This document shows, in pieces, positions 1 to 12,523 of a DNA stretch of 64,000 bases. Position numbers and translations under genes: made by a program. Below the pieces are notes generated by a model. It had not been told where the DNA came from. It saw nothing but the letters and a program-made list of their open reading frames with translations, and searched no databases. Numbering within the stretch: the first letter of the stretch is position 1; each line of letters starts with the position of its first letter. Origin of the DNA: Lingula anatina. Taxonomy: Eukaryota > Animalia > Brachiopoda. Location of the stretch: NCBI GenBank assembly GCA_051362555.1, contig CM120649.1, positions 1,674,001 to 1,738,000 of the forward strand, in the 5' to 3' direction.

Positions 1-255
1 GATTTTTATTGTTGATAAACGATCGTTCTCGGCCGAGAGAGGCCATAAAATGTCATGTCTTGTGAAACTTTTGAAATTTTAAACCTCCTTTTCTTGAAGA
101 GTTTCTCGTGCGCGTCGACTACGGTAAGCACACCAAGCTACGACTTTAGATTCTTTGTGAAACACTCCTAGTAGACTGCAGCGTAGTCGACCCAGCTAGG
201 CCATTCAGTTCGAGCTAGTCAACTACGGATTTAATATTATTTGTGAAACGGGGGC
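1..255. mobile_element. Right part of a PIF/Harbinger-like MITE (same insertion as 24814-25530)
   Basis: Ends in TTTGTGAAACGGGGGC followed by CTG, matching the end of the complete copy at 24814-25530. Confidence 0.75.
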
Positions 256-1534
256 CTGAAATAACTTAGAATCGACTCCCCCCCCTCGAGGACAGCCCAA
301 TCTACTGTTTCACAAAAGAAAAACAAGGGCTCATGCACACCCCTAGTGATAAGTCTACCAAATTCCTAAAGTTAAATCTTTCTCACTCTAATGATCCAGG
401 AAGAAAAAGCAGAAATTACGACGCAGAAAAAGGAAAAAAATACAATAATATCAATCACCCCCGGTGACAGTCCAATCCCAAGTGTTACTAAAACCCCGTA
501 ATGCTCATGTACATGCTTGATAAAAGATATTCTAATTACCAATGTTTGAAATTTCTCAGCCTGTTAGTCTAGGAGACGAAGGAAAACACAAGGTATTACA
601 AGAAGGATCAACCGCACCCAGGGACAGCCCAACCCCATGTTGCAGTAAATTTCTGTGCAGGGATGCCTATGCACACAATTTAAGCTGTCAAAAACACAAT
701 GTAAATATAATTAAGAATCGCCACCCACACTGACAAATCAAATCCCAGCTGTACTAAAATCCTCATGTGCGAAACTCAGGTCTAATTATCCCCAAGGCTT
801 AAACTTCCTCACGCTTATGGTCAAGGGGGAGTTAGCTGAAATTTCAAGTTAAAAAGAATTTGTTATCATTCAACTCCCAGGGACATGCCGCCACACAATC
901 CACTATGAAATTCCAAAGTCACCATGCACATGATTCATTAAAAATATTAAAGTCTATCAATACCAAAATTATCTCACTCTTGTGCTACAAGAGGGGATGG
1001 CAAAAATTACAGTGTAAAAGGAATTGAGAATCAGAAGCGACGTCTTTTGTCTAAAAGGTGCGGGCATAACAAGCAATCAATTTTGTCAAGTGCAATGTTG
1101 TTTTGTCACCGATAACCATTTAACGTCATGATAAGCCTGATAAAATCACGAAATCAAATAGCCGTCTTACCTTGACCGGTGTAACAGTAATCAAAAGCCC
1201 CCTACGGACCTCGGTTCCTGGTAATGGTTGTCCGTAGGACTAACATTACTAGGGAATAATAGTCCTGCAGGGACTTAGGTTCCTGGCTCAGAATTAGAGT
1301 AGGTAGGACTTGTATTACTGTCGGACTTTCATTCCTATTTCATTCCTATGACGGTAATACAAGTCCGGCCATTTGAAAGTCCTATCTTTAGGCAATAATA
1401 CGGATAAATGAAAAAAACGGTGTTTTGACGTGGCTGGAGCAACATTGATTTTACGTTGAATTTAGGTAAATCAACGGCAATTCAACATATCTACCTGTTT
1501 TCAACGTTGATCCAACGTCACTATGCCTGCTGGG

Positions 1535-1850
1535 AGGGTGAATGAACACAGAAAACCAATGACTGTATATTGGCAATACCAGATCTGCCATTTCTAAACG
1601 TGTAATAAATACCAGTCACAGTACTGTCTGGAATTCAACTAAGATCCTTGAATCCAAGTCATCTGATATCCTACGTTAGATACGAGAGGTTATCAACATC
1701 AGCCGTCACCAGCCACCCATGAATAGGGTCGGGAAGGACAATCTACCTGACATTTATAAGAGGGCCGTGGCCACATATTGGTCACTGAGTATCAACATCT
1801 GCTCAAGTCATTCTGATAAAGGCCTTCATCCAGGTTGGCCGGAAGCTTCC
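1535..1850 (+). mobile_element. Penelope-like element relic (GIY-YIG C-terminus plus degenerate hammerhead-like motif)
   Basis: Homologous to 44030-44350 (SAISKHV...RKIQEAINI...LPDIYK). CTGATAA-AGGCC...GGCC-GGAA at 1813-1846. Confidence 0.7.
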
Positions 1851-1984
1851 AGTAGTTTTCTAGGCTTGTGTTTGAAAATATTCATTTACTACTTTATAAA
1901 TGTGTTTGTATATTACTGACTACGCAATGTGCTCTAGTAAAAACGGGGTCAAGGTGTCCATAAAATATATTTCTTTTCTTTCAG

Positions 1985-1998
1985 AATCGGCGGAATAA
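1985..1998 (+). CDS. Terminal coding exon of an upstream EGF-family gene copy (rest lies left of the window)
   Basis: TTTCTTTTCTTTCAG|AA TCG GCG GAA TAA, identical to the terminal exon of gene B at 27249-27262. Confidence 0.75.
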
Positions 1999-2460
1999 AC
2001 AACCAGAAAATGAAATAACAAAAATCGCAGGAGAGGATACACAGTTTTGAAGATGAAATTAACACCCATGTTTATCAAAAATATTAATTTGGACATTCAT
2101 TGAAAATTATGTATGAATTAAGTATATCAATTGAAAATAGATATTTTGGGCATTGCATTTGGTTCTTTTTCCATTTTCTCATCTCATTTGTTTTGCTGTT
2201 TATGATTCTAAACATAAAACCTTGTCGTATTTGGTTAAAGTACGAATAGAAATGAAAGTTGACAACGCACTACGGTTACTGGATTATTTTTCATGTTTTT
2301 AATATTTCAATAACAAATACGTACCACACTGCCTAACTCCCGCATTGGCCACAACAGACTCATAACCAGCTGTAATAAAAGGCCAATTTTATGAGTGATT
2401 GAAGGAAGAGTGATTGCAGGAAAATCTCTAATTTTTTGAAGTTCCAAACAGTTTCTGTGT

Positions 2461-2461
<1 letters not shown>

Positions 2462-2505
<44 letters not shown>
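2462..2505 (+). repeat. Poly(A) homopolymer
   Basis: A-run seen directly; a slightly shorter run lies at ~27726-27763 in the duplicate. Confidence 0.95.
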
Positions 2506-2507
<2 letters not shown>

Positions 2508-3388
2508 AACGTTTAACGGGGTCTGTCGTGTACAGCAAACAGTGTATCTAGCCGAGCTATAGTATCATATTAATTTACAAATTTATCACATTGGTAATTC
2601 CGATCCGTTCCACCAGGAAAACAGTGATGCCAATGCCAAATATCAACGTTTAAATTTCTAGATAAATATTTATTTATTGTAAGGAGGAAGTTTGTATATT
2701 ACTAACATGTATTTGCCCTTTTCTTGGCCTGTTTTGGTTGAATAATTTGGCTGATATTCCAACACTTTCTCGCCCTAACCTAGCTGCTTCGGCATTCGTA
2801 GCACACACACAAACGAGAGAGAGAGAGAGAGAGGGGGACCAATGCCAAGGATAGAAGGATTTTTTAAAGTTTTATTTACTCGGACTAAATCTTGCCTGAC
2901 GACAAAGTCCAATTTCGCGTTCAGAATAAGCAATTCGACTTAATAATCATCGATTTGCATATAGTCGTATATGAAAAGCGATGCTTGTTTAGTCACATTG
3001 CTTATTCTGGATAATTCAATATCATCCAAAGCGTCATACGGGTTTCCATTCGTTTTAATCCCTACGTCCTGAAATTAAATGGGTAGTGCAAATAAAATAT
3101 TACAGAGAGGCCTCTTTGTTGCAATGTTTTGGCTGTTATTCCATAACGCGCGCACACACACACACACGCACATAGAAGAGAAAGAGAGAGAGAGAGGGAG
3201 GGCCAAAAAACTGACAGCTAGATCGCTGCCACGGAAAAAGGTTATCATAAATTTGATTTAACTGAGCAATTCAAATATAATGTCGCAATCTGGTTATAGA
3301 CCTTCATAAACTCTGGTTGAATGTTTTAGGTTACCTGTTACAAATTCGTCCACATCCAGCATTTTAGGTGGTGGACAGACTAAACACA

Positions 3389-3428
<40 letters not shown>

Positions 3429-3821
3429 AATTTCATCAGAAATAATCATCGTAACAATTGGGTCAATTCGTTGGGAAACATTGTAATAAAAAAGACAAAA
3501 AAAAGTTTGCAAGAGTTGCCTTTACTGCTTTACCCAACACTAATATTTGTCAAGCTGCATGAGTGTTTATGGAAGTCCCGACCTGTATGGAAATTTTCTA
3601 GGTCAAATATAAAACTACACTGATGTACCGGTACTTGCAGTATATTATAATCAGTAGTGAGGAAAGTTTGCATTTCCTGACCTGACATCAACGAGGAAAA
3701 ACGAGGTAATTTCTATGTTAACTGAGAAATATTGTGATCAGTGCAATTCTGTAAATTGGTGGTGATCTTATCCACTGCGTACAGCGATCGTTGCTAAATA
3801 GCCAGTGGAATGTATCTCAGC

Positions 3822-3979
3822 CAGGGGCGGACGGAAACTGTCTTCTGGGTCAGATTTTTTCCAAATTTATATTAACGGGCATCTAACTTTTTTGCTGTTG
3901 CAAGAAGGTCAAAAATCTTAGATGGAACAATAAAGATAATTTGGAAGACTCTCAGAAAATATATCTGAATCCTCCCCTG
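3822..3979. mobile_element. ~160-bp MITE
   Basis: Termini CAGGGGCGGA...TCCTCCCCTG. Absent from the paralogous upstream regions (e.g. 13250-13270). Related copies at 29061-29218 and, inverted, at 55617-55782. Confidence 0.65.
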
Positions 3980-4235
3980 ACAGTGTTTCCGGTGGAGTGG
4001 AATGCTTCCTCTGTAATATATTTAGTTTAAGCTTGGTCAGGAATCCAATTAACCTTTAAATACCAAATACTGATTAATAAAGGAGATGGTTGCCTGATAT
4101 CACACTTTTAACAACCGCCTTTAGAATTTTAAGAGATGGATAGTGAATGTGTGAGAATAGACACTCTCCATTTGTTGAAACAATTTAGTACATTCAACCA
4201 CATATAGAGAAAATTTTGTTTCAAGTAATTCAACC

Positions 4236-4240
<5 letters not shown>

Positions 4241-4309
<69 letters not shown>
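4241..4309. repeat. (TA)n microsatellite
   Basis: Seen directly. Confidence 0.98.
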
Positions 4310-4311
<2 letters not shown>

Positions 4312-5029
4312 CTACAGACTATCAAGAAAATTTACTTGAAAGCCGTTGCCATTGTACAGGCTTGCTAATGGACGCTATTCGTTCCTGCAGGTATGTTTTC
4401 TGAGACAAATGGATTATATGCATTTCTGCTAAACGAAAAACAGCGGGTATTCACAGAATCTGCAAATGACTAGTAAAGTTGTTTTTTTTTTTTTTTTTTT
4501 AATAATATTCGGTTATTTTAATACCTTGAAAGATGAGCAGTATCACGACTTGATGGGTTTTCATATGTGTCATGATAATCACAAAGTAAACTGTGACACT
4601 GGCGATGTATTCTAATTGTCTTAAAAGGACAACTGTCTGTATGAAAAAAATGTAGGTGACCATTGTCAAGGAAAATATTTATTTTTTGACCTGCCGCAGA
4701 CCTTGGTCCAAAAACACCAAAACCAGTTTTTTTTACACCCAACAACGCTTGTTGCTATGGCCGCAGGCTAAACCTGACTTTCGGCCAAATATTTGTGTTA
4801 CATCAGAGGAGTTTGAAACCTTGCAATTTTTTTTTTTTGTACATCAGATGGTAGACTCGCTGCAAATGATACATGTAGCATTGAAGACAGTTATGGTATT
4901 CCCATTAGCGTGGATGATGTTAAACCTGTATGATGTTAAAATTTTGCCACTTTGTTATGAATAGTTTATTTTATTTTATTTCAGCAAAAAGTGCTATAAA
5001 ACAGTACTGTATCTAACATCAACCAATCA

Positions 5030-6174
5030 ATGACGTGATTGTTGTTCTGCCCGAGCCTTGTTCTGGCCTTGATGACGTGCATCTTTCTCAGTCAAACTCA
5101 GCTGAGTCAATCTAGTACCGGTAAGTGTATAGAGACCAGCGTGACATACATATACATGTAAAATTGCAAGTTTGCAATTCTGATGTACTGTACAGTATCG
5201 ACTTTCGTCTCTCATTTTAGTGACAAAGTGACAAAGAAATTACAAAGCAATTTATCAGCGCAAATACTGATACCAGGAGATATGTTAAATTGACCTCTAT
5301 AGACTGATATTTCTTCCTGTTATCTCTATTTGTAAATTTTAATAAAACTAACAAACCCAAGTGATTAGGTGGACCTTTTATAAACAAGGAATTGATAATG
5401 CCCGTTAAGGTGGTATTAAATTTGAAGTATTCTGTCTCGGGTGAGTGCCAACGTACACAATTTTATTTATTTTCCCTACTGTTTAGTAACAAAAGTAAGA
5501 GATCACTTTTTCCCGCCCGTCTGAGAGCCGGTACGTCGGTGCATTGATGATTTCTGCTACCTTTTCTTAGACTATTAGGGTTGGTAAGTTCGGGCATTTC
5601 GGGCAATTCGGAATTTTCGGAATTTTCACTTAACAGATTGGGCTGCTACTTCATCAATATCCAATTTTAAAATCTCGTTCTAATGGTCTAGCAGGAGTTG
5701 GCAAAAATTGCAGCGTGAAAATTAAGATTGAACCCATCCCCATTGTAATGCATTCTACAATTTTCTACTTGGCCATTAGAATCAGAGAGATGAAACTTAG
5801 GGAAACGATAGACCTATCATCAGGGACGTGCGTTAGGGCTTTGGGATTTAAGTGTGCCTATTGATAGGCCTGTCCCCGGGGATGGATAATTATAATTTCC
5901 TGGATTGTAAATTGAGCTATTTCCCTTAGAACTATAGTGAAAAAGTTGATGCTTTTGGGATTGAATGCGCCAGATAATTTGCTTCCTATCTGAAGGAACC
6001 GATAGCCAATTCACAAAGATATTTTAAAGTGAATAAAAGATGGGCTAAATAAAGAGTCAAAGCAAGAGTGAACGACAATCTAGCCAACCGTTATATATTA
6101 TCTTTATCTCTAGATATAGTTTTATTCAGGTGTACATGAAATATATTTCTTTTCTTTCAGACGTGACGGGATAA
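5030..6174 (+). pseudogene. Hollowed EGF-family pseudogene A: signal exon with premature stop plus terminal exon, all EGF exons deleted
   Basis: Exon 5030-5120 reads ATG ACG TGA TTG TTG TTC TGC (paralogs have GGA at codon 3), with donor GTAAGT at 5121. Intron pieces are homologous to the B-C and last introns. Terminal exon TTTCAG|AC GTG ACG GGA TAA at 6161-6174. Confidence 0.85.
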
Positions 6175-7050
6175 ACCCCGGGATATGCAATAGGGGATCT
6201 ACCTTTATTTGATTATATTAAAAACCAAAATTATAATAAATATTCATTTGGACATTCATTGAAAATTCTATCTCAATTAAGCATATGTATTGAAAATAAA
6301 ATATTTTGGGCATTGCATCTTATTATTTTTATTGCTCCGCAATTTTTACATCTCTTTTGTTTTACCATTTATGATTCTTAACATAGAACCCTTGTCGTTT
6401 TTAGCACGAACATATATAGACATTGACAAAACGATATGGTCAATGGATTATTTTTAATTATTATTTTTTTTTAATATTTCATTAACAAATACCACATTGC
6501 ATTGTATCCAAACTGTGGTGCAAGTGCAGTTGTGAGCAAACTCTCTGCTTGACTACATTACAACATATTTCATGATTTTAAGGCACAAGATTATTGGCCC
6601 TATATCTTGCAATGGTGAAACGTCCTTTTAAGAAACTCTCGGTGCATATGGTGATCCAGATCAAAATTATATAAAAAAAGTTTAAGTAGTCCCTGGCCTA
6701 ACCTGAAAATTTCATCAAAAGTTGTTACTTGTATCTCTTGCAAAACTATATGAAGTATACATGATGATGAATGAAACCCATATTTATCCATTCATTCATC
6801 CTTTCATTTGTCCATGTTTACGAACATTTTTATTTCAAATATACAACATTGGTCAAAAAGGTTGTCCCACCTCTAATTCTATGTGCTTTCGTTTAAAAGA
6901 CGCCTCCAGATAGTACCAAATTTACACACAAATAGCATGGGGATGTGCTTGTTAAAGGTCACGTGTCAAAACATCGTGTATGTCTATTGCGTACTGCAAT
7001 TATCCCCTGCATCGGGCGCCATTTTATGTCATCTTTTAGTTTTTTTACAG

Positions 7051-7266
7051 CAAGGGATGATATGTTGTCTTCAAATCCAGCGCCAAATGGAAGTCATCAT
7101 TGTGATTATAAGGCAAACTGTTGTAAAGCAAATGGCTTACACTTTCAATAATTACAGATAACAATTAAAACGGAATCAAATGTGTAAAAGGATAGCTATA
7201 AAGTATAATGATAACTATGGATGTGCTAGCGACGATGCTTACAAAGGGAGGGATTAACGTGCTACA
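7051..7266 (+). pseudogene. Degenerate EGF-like exon (long-loop, C-related type)
   Basis: Bounded by TTACAG and GTAAGA. Reads NGSHHCDYKANC, then after frameshifts QMCKR...NYGCASDDAYKG and GLTCY; contains stops. Confidence 0.6.
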
Positions 7267-7528
7267 GTAAGAATTCTTTATTTATAAATGTACTTTGGAA
7301 TTAAGGAGCTTCAAACAAAAAATATTTTTAGTTAATTGCGAGAGATAATTTATAATATTATGTAGTACAATTGGTGATGAAAACTTCTACTCGAAGTATC
7401 AGAAGATATTTGTCATTAGTGCTACTTTCCTTAATAAGGTCTAAAGGTGATGTTTAACTGAACCATGTCACTCAATAAACCAAATGTTTCACTCTTCAAT
7501 ATTTCAATCCCCTTGTATTTTTTTTCAG

Positions 7529-7645
7529 TTGAGTGCGACTCTAGAAAATGTTTCGACCGCGGGACCTGCGTACTGGACAGATATGGCCTGTTTTGCTTCC
7601 GGTGTCAATGTCCCGAAGGTTTTTAAGGACTGAGATGCAGCGTGG
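7529..7645 (+). pseudogene. EGF-like exon (117 nt, phase 1-1) with in-frame stop
   Basis: TTTCAG|...|GTGAG; translates ECDSRKCFDRGTCVLDRYGLFCFRCQCPEGF*GLRCSV. Confidence 0.85.
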
Positions 7646-7882
7646 GTGAGTTCTCTCCCCTCCAGATTGCACATTTACCTGTAGTCAACCAGTGTTCCGT
7701 TATTATAATGCAAGAGTAGCTTATATGGTCCGAGATCAGGTGCCTCTCTGTGTAATTGTGATACTGCAAGTGCCAAATTCTAGTGATTAAATTTAGCCAT
7801 TGGCTAAATAATTCCAATATGTAGCCAAATAATATAATAACGCCCGTTAAGTTGATTTGAAAGTGAGAAGTACACAATCGTT

Positions 7883-7885
<3 letters not shown>

Positions 7886-7962
<77 letters not shown>
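7886..7962. repeat. (TA)n microsatellite
   Basis: Seen directly; much shorter in the duplicate at ~32272. Confidence 0.98.
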
Positions 7963-7967
<5 letters not shown>

Positions 7968-8025
7968 AAAATAGAACAGTAGCTATTTTGCCCCTACCGG
8001 TTTCATTGCATCTTCAGGGGGTTTG

Positions 8026-11000
8026 CAGTCTGTCCGCAGATCTGGCATATCAATGCGTAAGCGGTGATCATTACAAAAACACCTACGCGCTTGCACAAAA
8101 TAGTCCGCAAATCCGTAGTTGTTATGTAAATCCACGAAGCTCTGTAAACAACTCATTATTTCGCTTAAAACTTTCAAGGAATAAAATTCTGAACTTGATG
8201 TAAGCGCGCAATATAAAATGAACATTTTAATTTCGACGAAAACCTTGTATCAGATGTCTAAAAATAGCACACGCATTTTTCTCAAGCAGATCGTGTAATT
8301 TTGTACCCTAAAATGAAATGATTGTAGAAAAAATGGACAAACTTACTTTATTGATATTGATATAATTTATGCAACTATATATGCTGGAATTGAGCCAAAA
8401 AGAATAAAAAATTTGTACAACCGTCCTTTTTTGTGAAATCCCTATTTTAGTGCGAAGTATGTAGGTCAGTCACTGTCATAGTGAGAGTTGTTATGGAAAA
8501 TAATACGTGAAAAAATGCCATCGGTGCTGCAGATCGACCATATCGCTGCCATAACATGGTTTTAGAATGGAAAAAAATCTGCCGTTTGCCTCAAGTTACA
8601 TAGTTTTGGGTTTGCAGACTAAAAGATGAGTCTTTTTTTTTTTGCATTCACTAAGTTTCATATAAGCGCCGAAATGTATAGAAATGATTTTGGAGTAAAC
8701 TCCCTTTGCATAGTTTAGATGCACTTGTTGACGTTCAGTACCAGTGAAATGTTATATTTTGTTGCAAAGTTAGTTGTACTTTGTGTAGGCCTACTAGCAT
8801 ACCTTTATCCGTTCTATTTCCTTTATGGAGTTGGAATCTAGACCTTTTCGAAATAGGGTGTGTGTGTCTATACACACCTGTTAACTAGCACATTGCGCAA
8901 TCAGCATTACAGGTGTACTAATTTTAAGGTTTTTCCTGGGCAGGTTTCAAAGTTGTTTTATATTATAAGTTTTAATATTGTGATTTTTTAAACAAATTAT
9001 CTCAATTTATCTGAAATTGTTGGTAGTAAAAAAAGTCTTCAAATTTAACAAGTTAAAAAAATCGTTTGTCAAGGCAGAGACACACATTTATGACCTATGC
9101 ATTGTGCTTTTTCAGTTTTAGTGAAGGTTGACAGCATACCTACCCCTGCCTTAGCTATCGCATGAGAATGGACTTGATGGCATGGAATGATGAAAAGATA
9201 CCAGTTAGACAAAGCAGAAAGTAATTAAGTGTTTATATATAAAAAAGCAAATACTTCATAATTTTTTTAACTAGCCTAATTGCTAGTAGGACCAAGGAAT
9301 TATTAATACTATAGAGTATAGTAAGAAATTACTTTGATAAACAACTGGTGTGAGACTGACCGGGTGATTTTTTTTTCTATGGATTTTTCATTAAATTTCA
9401 TTTTTTATCTGCTTTGTATAAATTTCTTGTTTCTACATACATGTATGATTTTATCATTATATTATATTTATTTTTAACAGATTCCCGAATTTCATATCAG
9501 CTGACAATAAGGGAAGAGGTGTTCTAGTCAAGACAAGGGAAAATGTATTTCCATACAATTTTGTGTGATGGTGCTGTGCTGTTGATGCAGGTGTGACTGA
9601 ACAAGAGATGGTGTTTTGTAGAGTCTTGGATATTGTTTACCCTAGAAACCTTTCTCATAGCAGACAAGTTCTGGAACAATACTTTCTTCAAGTATTAAAC
9701 AGGATGGGCTTTGACCCAAAAGACTTCCACTAAGAGTGGCCTGCCTTTAAAGAGCACATAGGTGGCATGTTTATAGTGAATAAAAGTAAAGATATGTGTA
9801 TGGATTTGTTTCAAGGCTAGGAGACCAGACAAAGATTAGAATACATGCAATAATGCTAATTGAAATTGCCTTGTTCACCCTGTCCACTTCTCAGGTGGAC
9901 CGTGGAGAGAGGATACAGTGCTCTCAAAAGAATCAAATCTGACTGAAGGTCAAGTTTGGGGAATATTATGCTTAAGTTAACCAAATTTTGACAGCAGTTT
10001 TATAGGGACCAAGTTTTCATGATCATTTAGTGAAGGAATCTATCAACCACTGGGTGGCAGGGTGACACTCTGGGAAAACGGCCCAATTTTGAACTTGAAA
10101 ATTGATTTAGTTTTCTGATTGTCATATCCAGCATTCTAAGGATTCTAAGGAAATTAAAAAATTGAAACATACTCGTATACTGAAGTTTTCTTTTTTTATT
10201 TTTAATGCATTCTACTTTGTTATGTATTTAATTACAAATTATATTCAAGAATTTTAAGCCGGGGATGATCTTAATGTATGTCAGTTTTGGCTTAAGTAAT
10301 ATTCATAACTTGCTGGGGCAGGTGCTTCTCCTGCCCTCAGAATAGAGTCAATAGACAGATCAAGTTGGCCAACGAGTTTATTGGAACCTAGTTACCTGCT
10401 TTAATTTTAAAGGCAAAAAGCTTCCAAAAACTTTTAAAAAGTCCAGTGCATGTTCATGAGGCTGAATGAACATTTCCCAGGAACAGTGCTTTAAGGACAT
10501 AAATTTTAAATGTTTACTTAGTTTTGTTTATCACACAGATTTCAATATTTTGCACTTTTAAAAACAGAAATGTAAATTTAAAATAGATTAGGGATATTTT
10601 TTTTTAATTATATGTAAGAGACAAAAATAGTACTGGTACCTAGAAATAAATCTTGAGCAGTAAAATAAGAGAACAAGGCAGATCTTAATATAATGATTAA
10701 ACCGGTGTTGAACGATTTTTTTATCAAAACCCTTTCAGGCTTTAAAAAGTACAACCTGGTCATAGGCCAGTACTTCTTTGTAAATATTTATTCAATTAAA
10801 AAATCTTGTTTTATTCATAACTAGTTCTAGCAATATCTTTTTATATTGGTCAAAATTCACACTGGATTTCTTGTGGATTGGATCGTAACTATTATACCAT
10901 TTTTGATGTTTTAAGAATGAAGTATATAACTCTTGGAATATTTCTGATTTTAGATGTACTGCACATGTTCGTATTTTAATTTTATAATGACTTGTTTGCT

Positions 11001-11953
11001 CTTATATTCAGAATATTTAAGAAAACTTGTAGTCTTGCTAAGTCGGGTCAGTGCTGCAGGTTGGTCACGTGACGCTATAAATTATGATGAAAATGGGGTT
11101 CCATTTTTGTCGTCGTTTTGGAGATGCACTAATTTCCCCTCATAAAATGGGTAAAATTTGTAGGAGACATACCTTATGATATATCATTTGAAAGTTTATG
11201 ATTTCGTCTTTCTGGAGAATGTAAATGTTTGAAAATATTTCGCTTTTCCTGCGATACATAATCATAGTAACCTACAATGTACTGCACTTGAAAAAATCGG
11301 TTTTGCCAACTTTTACACCGACTTCACGGGATTATGAACACTTTGCCAACCAGATGGGAGCCGAACGCAACATATATTTCGTAACAACACGAAGCCCACT
11401 TGTTTAGCTTTTAGAATTTATATAAAACGCTGGTGATATAAGCATTATAGCAATTTTGTTATAATTTAAACGCCCCAATGTTATACGCTTCAAAAATGCA
11501 AGTGCTTGGCGTCGCGTTCACCTCGCGCTTAAAAAAATGGACAAAGCTGAATTCACAAAATATATATACTACCAGAAAGCCAGTTTAACCAGCTTTCATG
11601 ATTAAGTTTTTAAAAATTTGTACAATTTAAACTTCTTATAGAAATCTTTAAATAGAAAATGTCGGACACGAAACGGGTCACCATTTGCAATCACCCTCGT
11701 GGATAAATCTTCCCTTTTATCGTTCTGAATCTATTTTTTATGACAACTAACCTTAAAATTCCGAATCCTTAGATATTCCCGCTTCTTTTTATGTATCTAT
11801 TGTTTAATCACACCAACTTTTGACAAAAATACACATGAAAATACGAAGAGCTCAAAAGTCGTCCATTTTCACTCGATTTTGTTGAAAGTAGTGGGAAAAT
11901 GGCCGTCGCTTCAGCCAGTGTGCACGCGCAGCTCGAAATCTGCGGACAGACTG
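8026..11953. mobile_element. 3.9-kb non-autonomous TIR DNA transposon with 3-bp TSD (Academ-like termini, unconfirmed)
   Basis: Perfect 16-bp TIR CAGTCTGTCCGCAGAT / ATCTGCGGACAGACTG; TSD TTG; the empty site GGGGTTTGTTTATTTTGCTT is at 32341-32360. Confidence 0.9.
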
Positions 11954-11967
11954 TTGTTTATTTTGCT

Positions 11968-12481
11968 TGTCTATGACGGCCTTTATCAAAGTAGCACTTA
12001 AAATAACTGGGTGATGCAAATAAAATAGCTCACTGGTGTGAGAAGAATACTTTTGTTTAATATTTTGGCTATTATTCCAACAAATTCTCGCCATCACCTA
12101 GCTGTTTAGGGATGCACAGCACACACACACGAGCGAGAGAGAGGGAGAGAGAGACCGATGCCACGGATAGAAGAATTTGTTTATTTACTCGTTCGTTTTA
12201 TTTACTTAATCGTGTTTGATGACAAAGTCCAAATTCGCATCCAGAATAAGCAATGCGAACTAACGAGCATCGCTTTTCATATAGTCATATGGTGGAAGTA
12301 ATTTCATATCATCCAAAGCGTCATACGGGTTTTCATTATTTTTAATTCCGACGGCCTGTATCAAAGTAGCACTGAAATCAACTGGGTGACGCAAATAAAA
12401 TAAAATAAAATAGCTAACTGGTGTGAGATGCCTCCTTTAGTGTAATGTTTTGGTTATTTTGGCTGTTATTCCATCACTGTG

Positions 12482-12523
<42 letters not shown>

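Larger units (their letters stand above)
1..8025 (+). repeat. Segmental duplication, copy 1 (matches 25276-~32360)
   Basis: Base 1 aligns to 25276 and stays near-identical to ~8025/32348. ORFs 542/25820 and 1719/26983 are identical, and further ORFs are nearly so. Confidence 0.95.

Noticed and set aside
2462-2505. A-run as the tail of a retrocopy
   Set aside because: The upstream gene retains introns, no TSD is visible, and the equivalent flanks of genes C and D lack the run.
5036-5038. TGA at codon 3 as selenocysteine or readthrough
   Set aside because: Paralogs have Gly (GGA), no SECIS is evident, and the copy has lost all EGF exons; a simple nonsense mutation is more likely.
542-7161. 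Repeated ORFs in the ORF track (542/25820, 1719/26983, 5820/30128, 6883/31264) as genes
   Set aside because: Their recurrence is explained by the segmental duplication; they lie in introns, TE relics or wrong frames.
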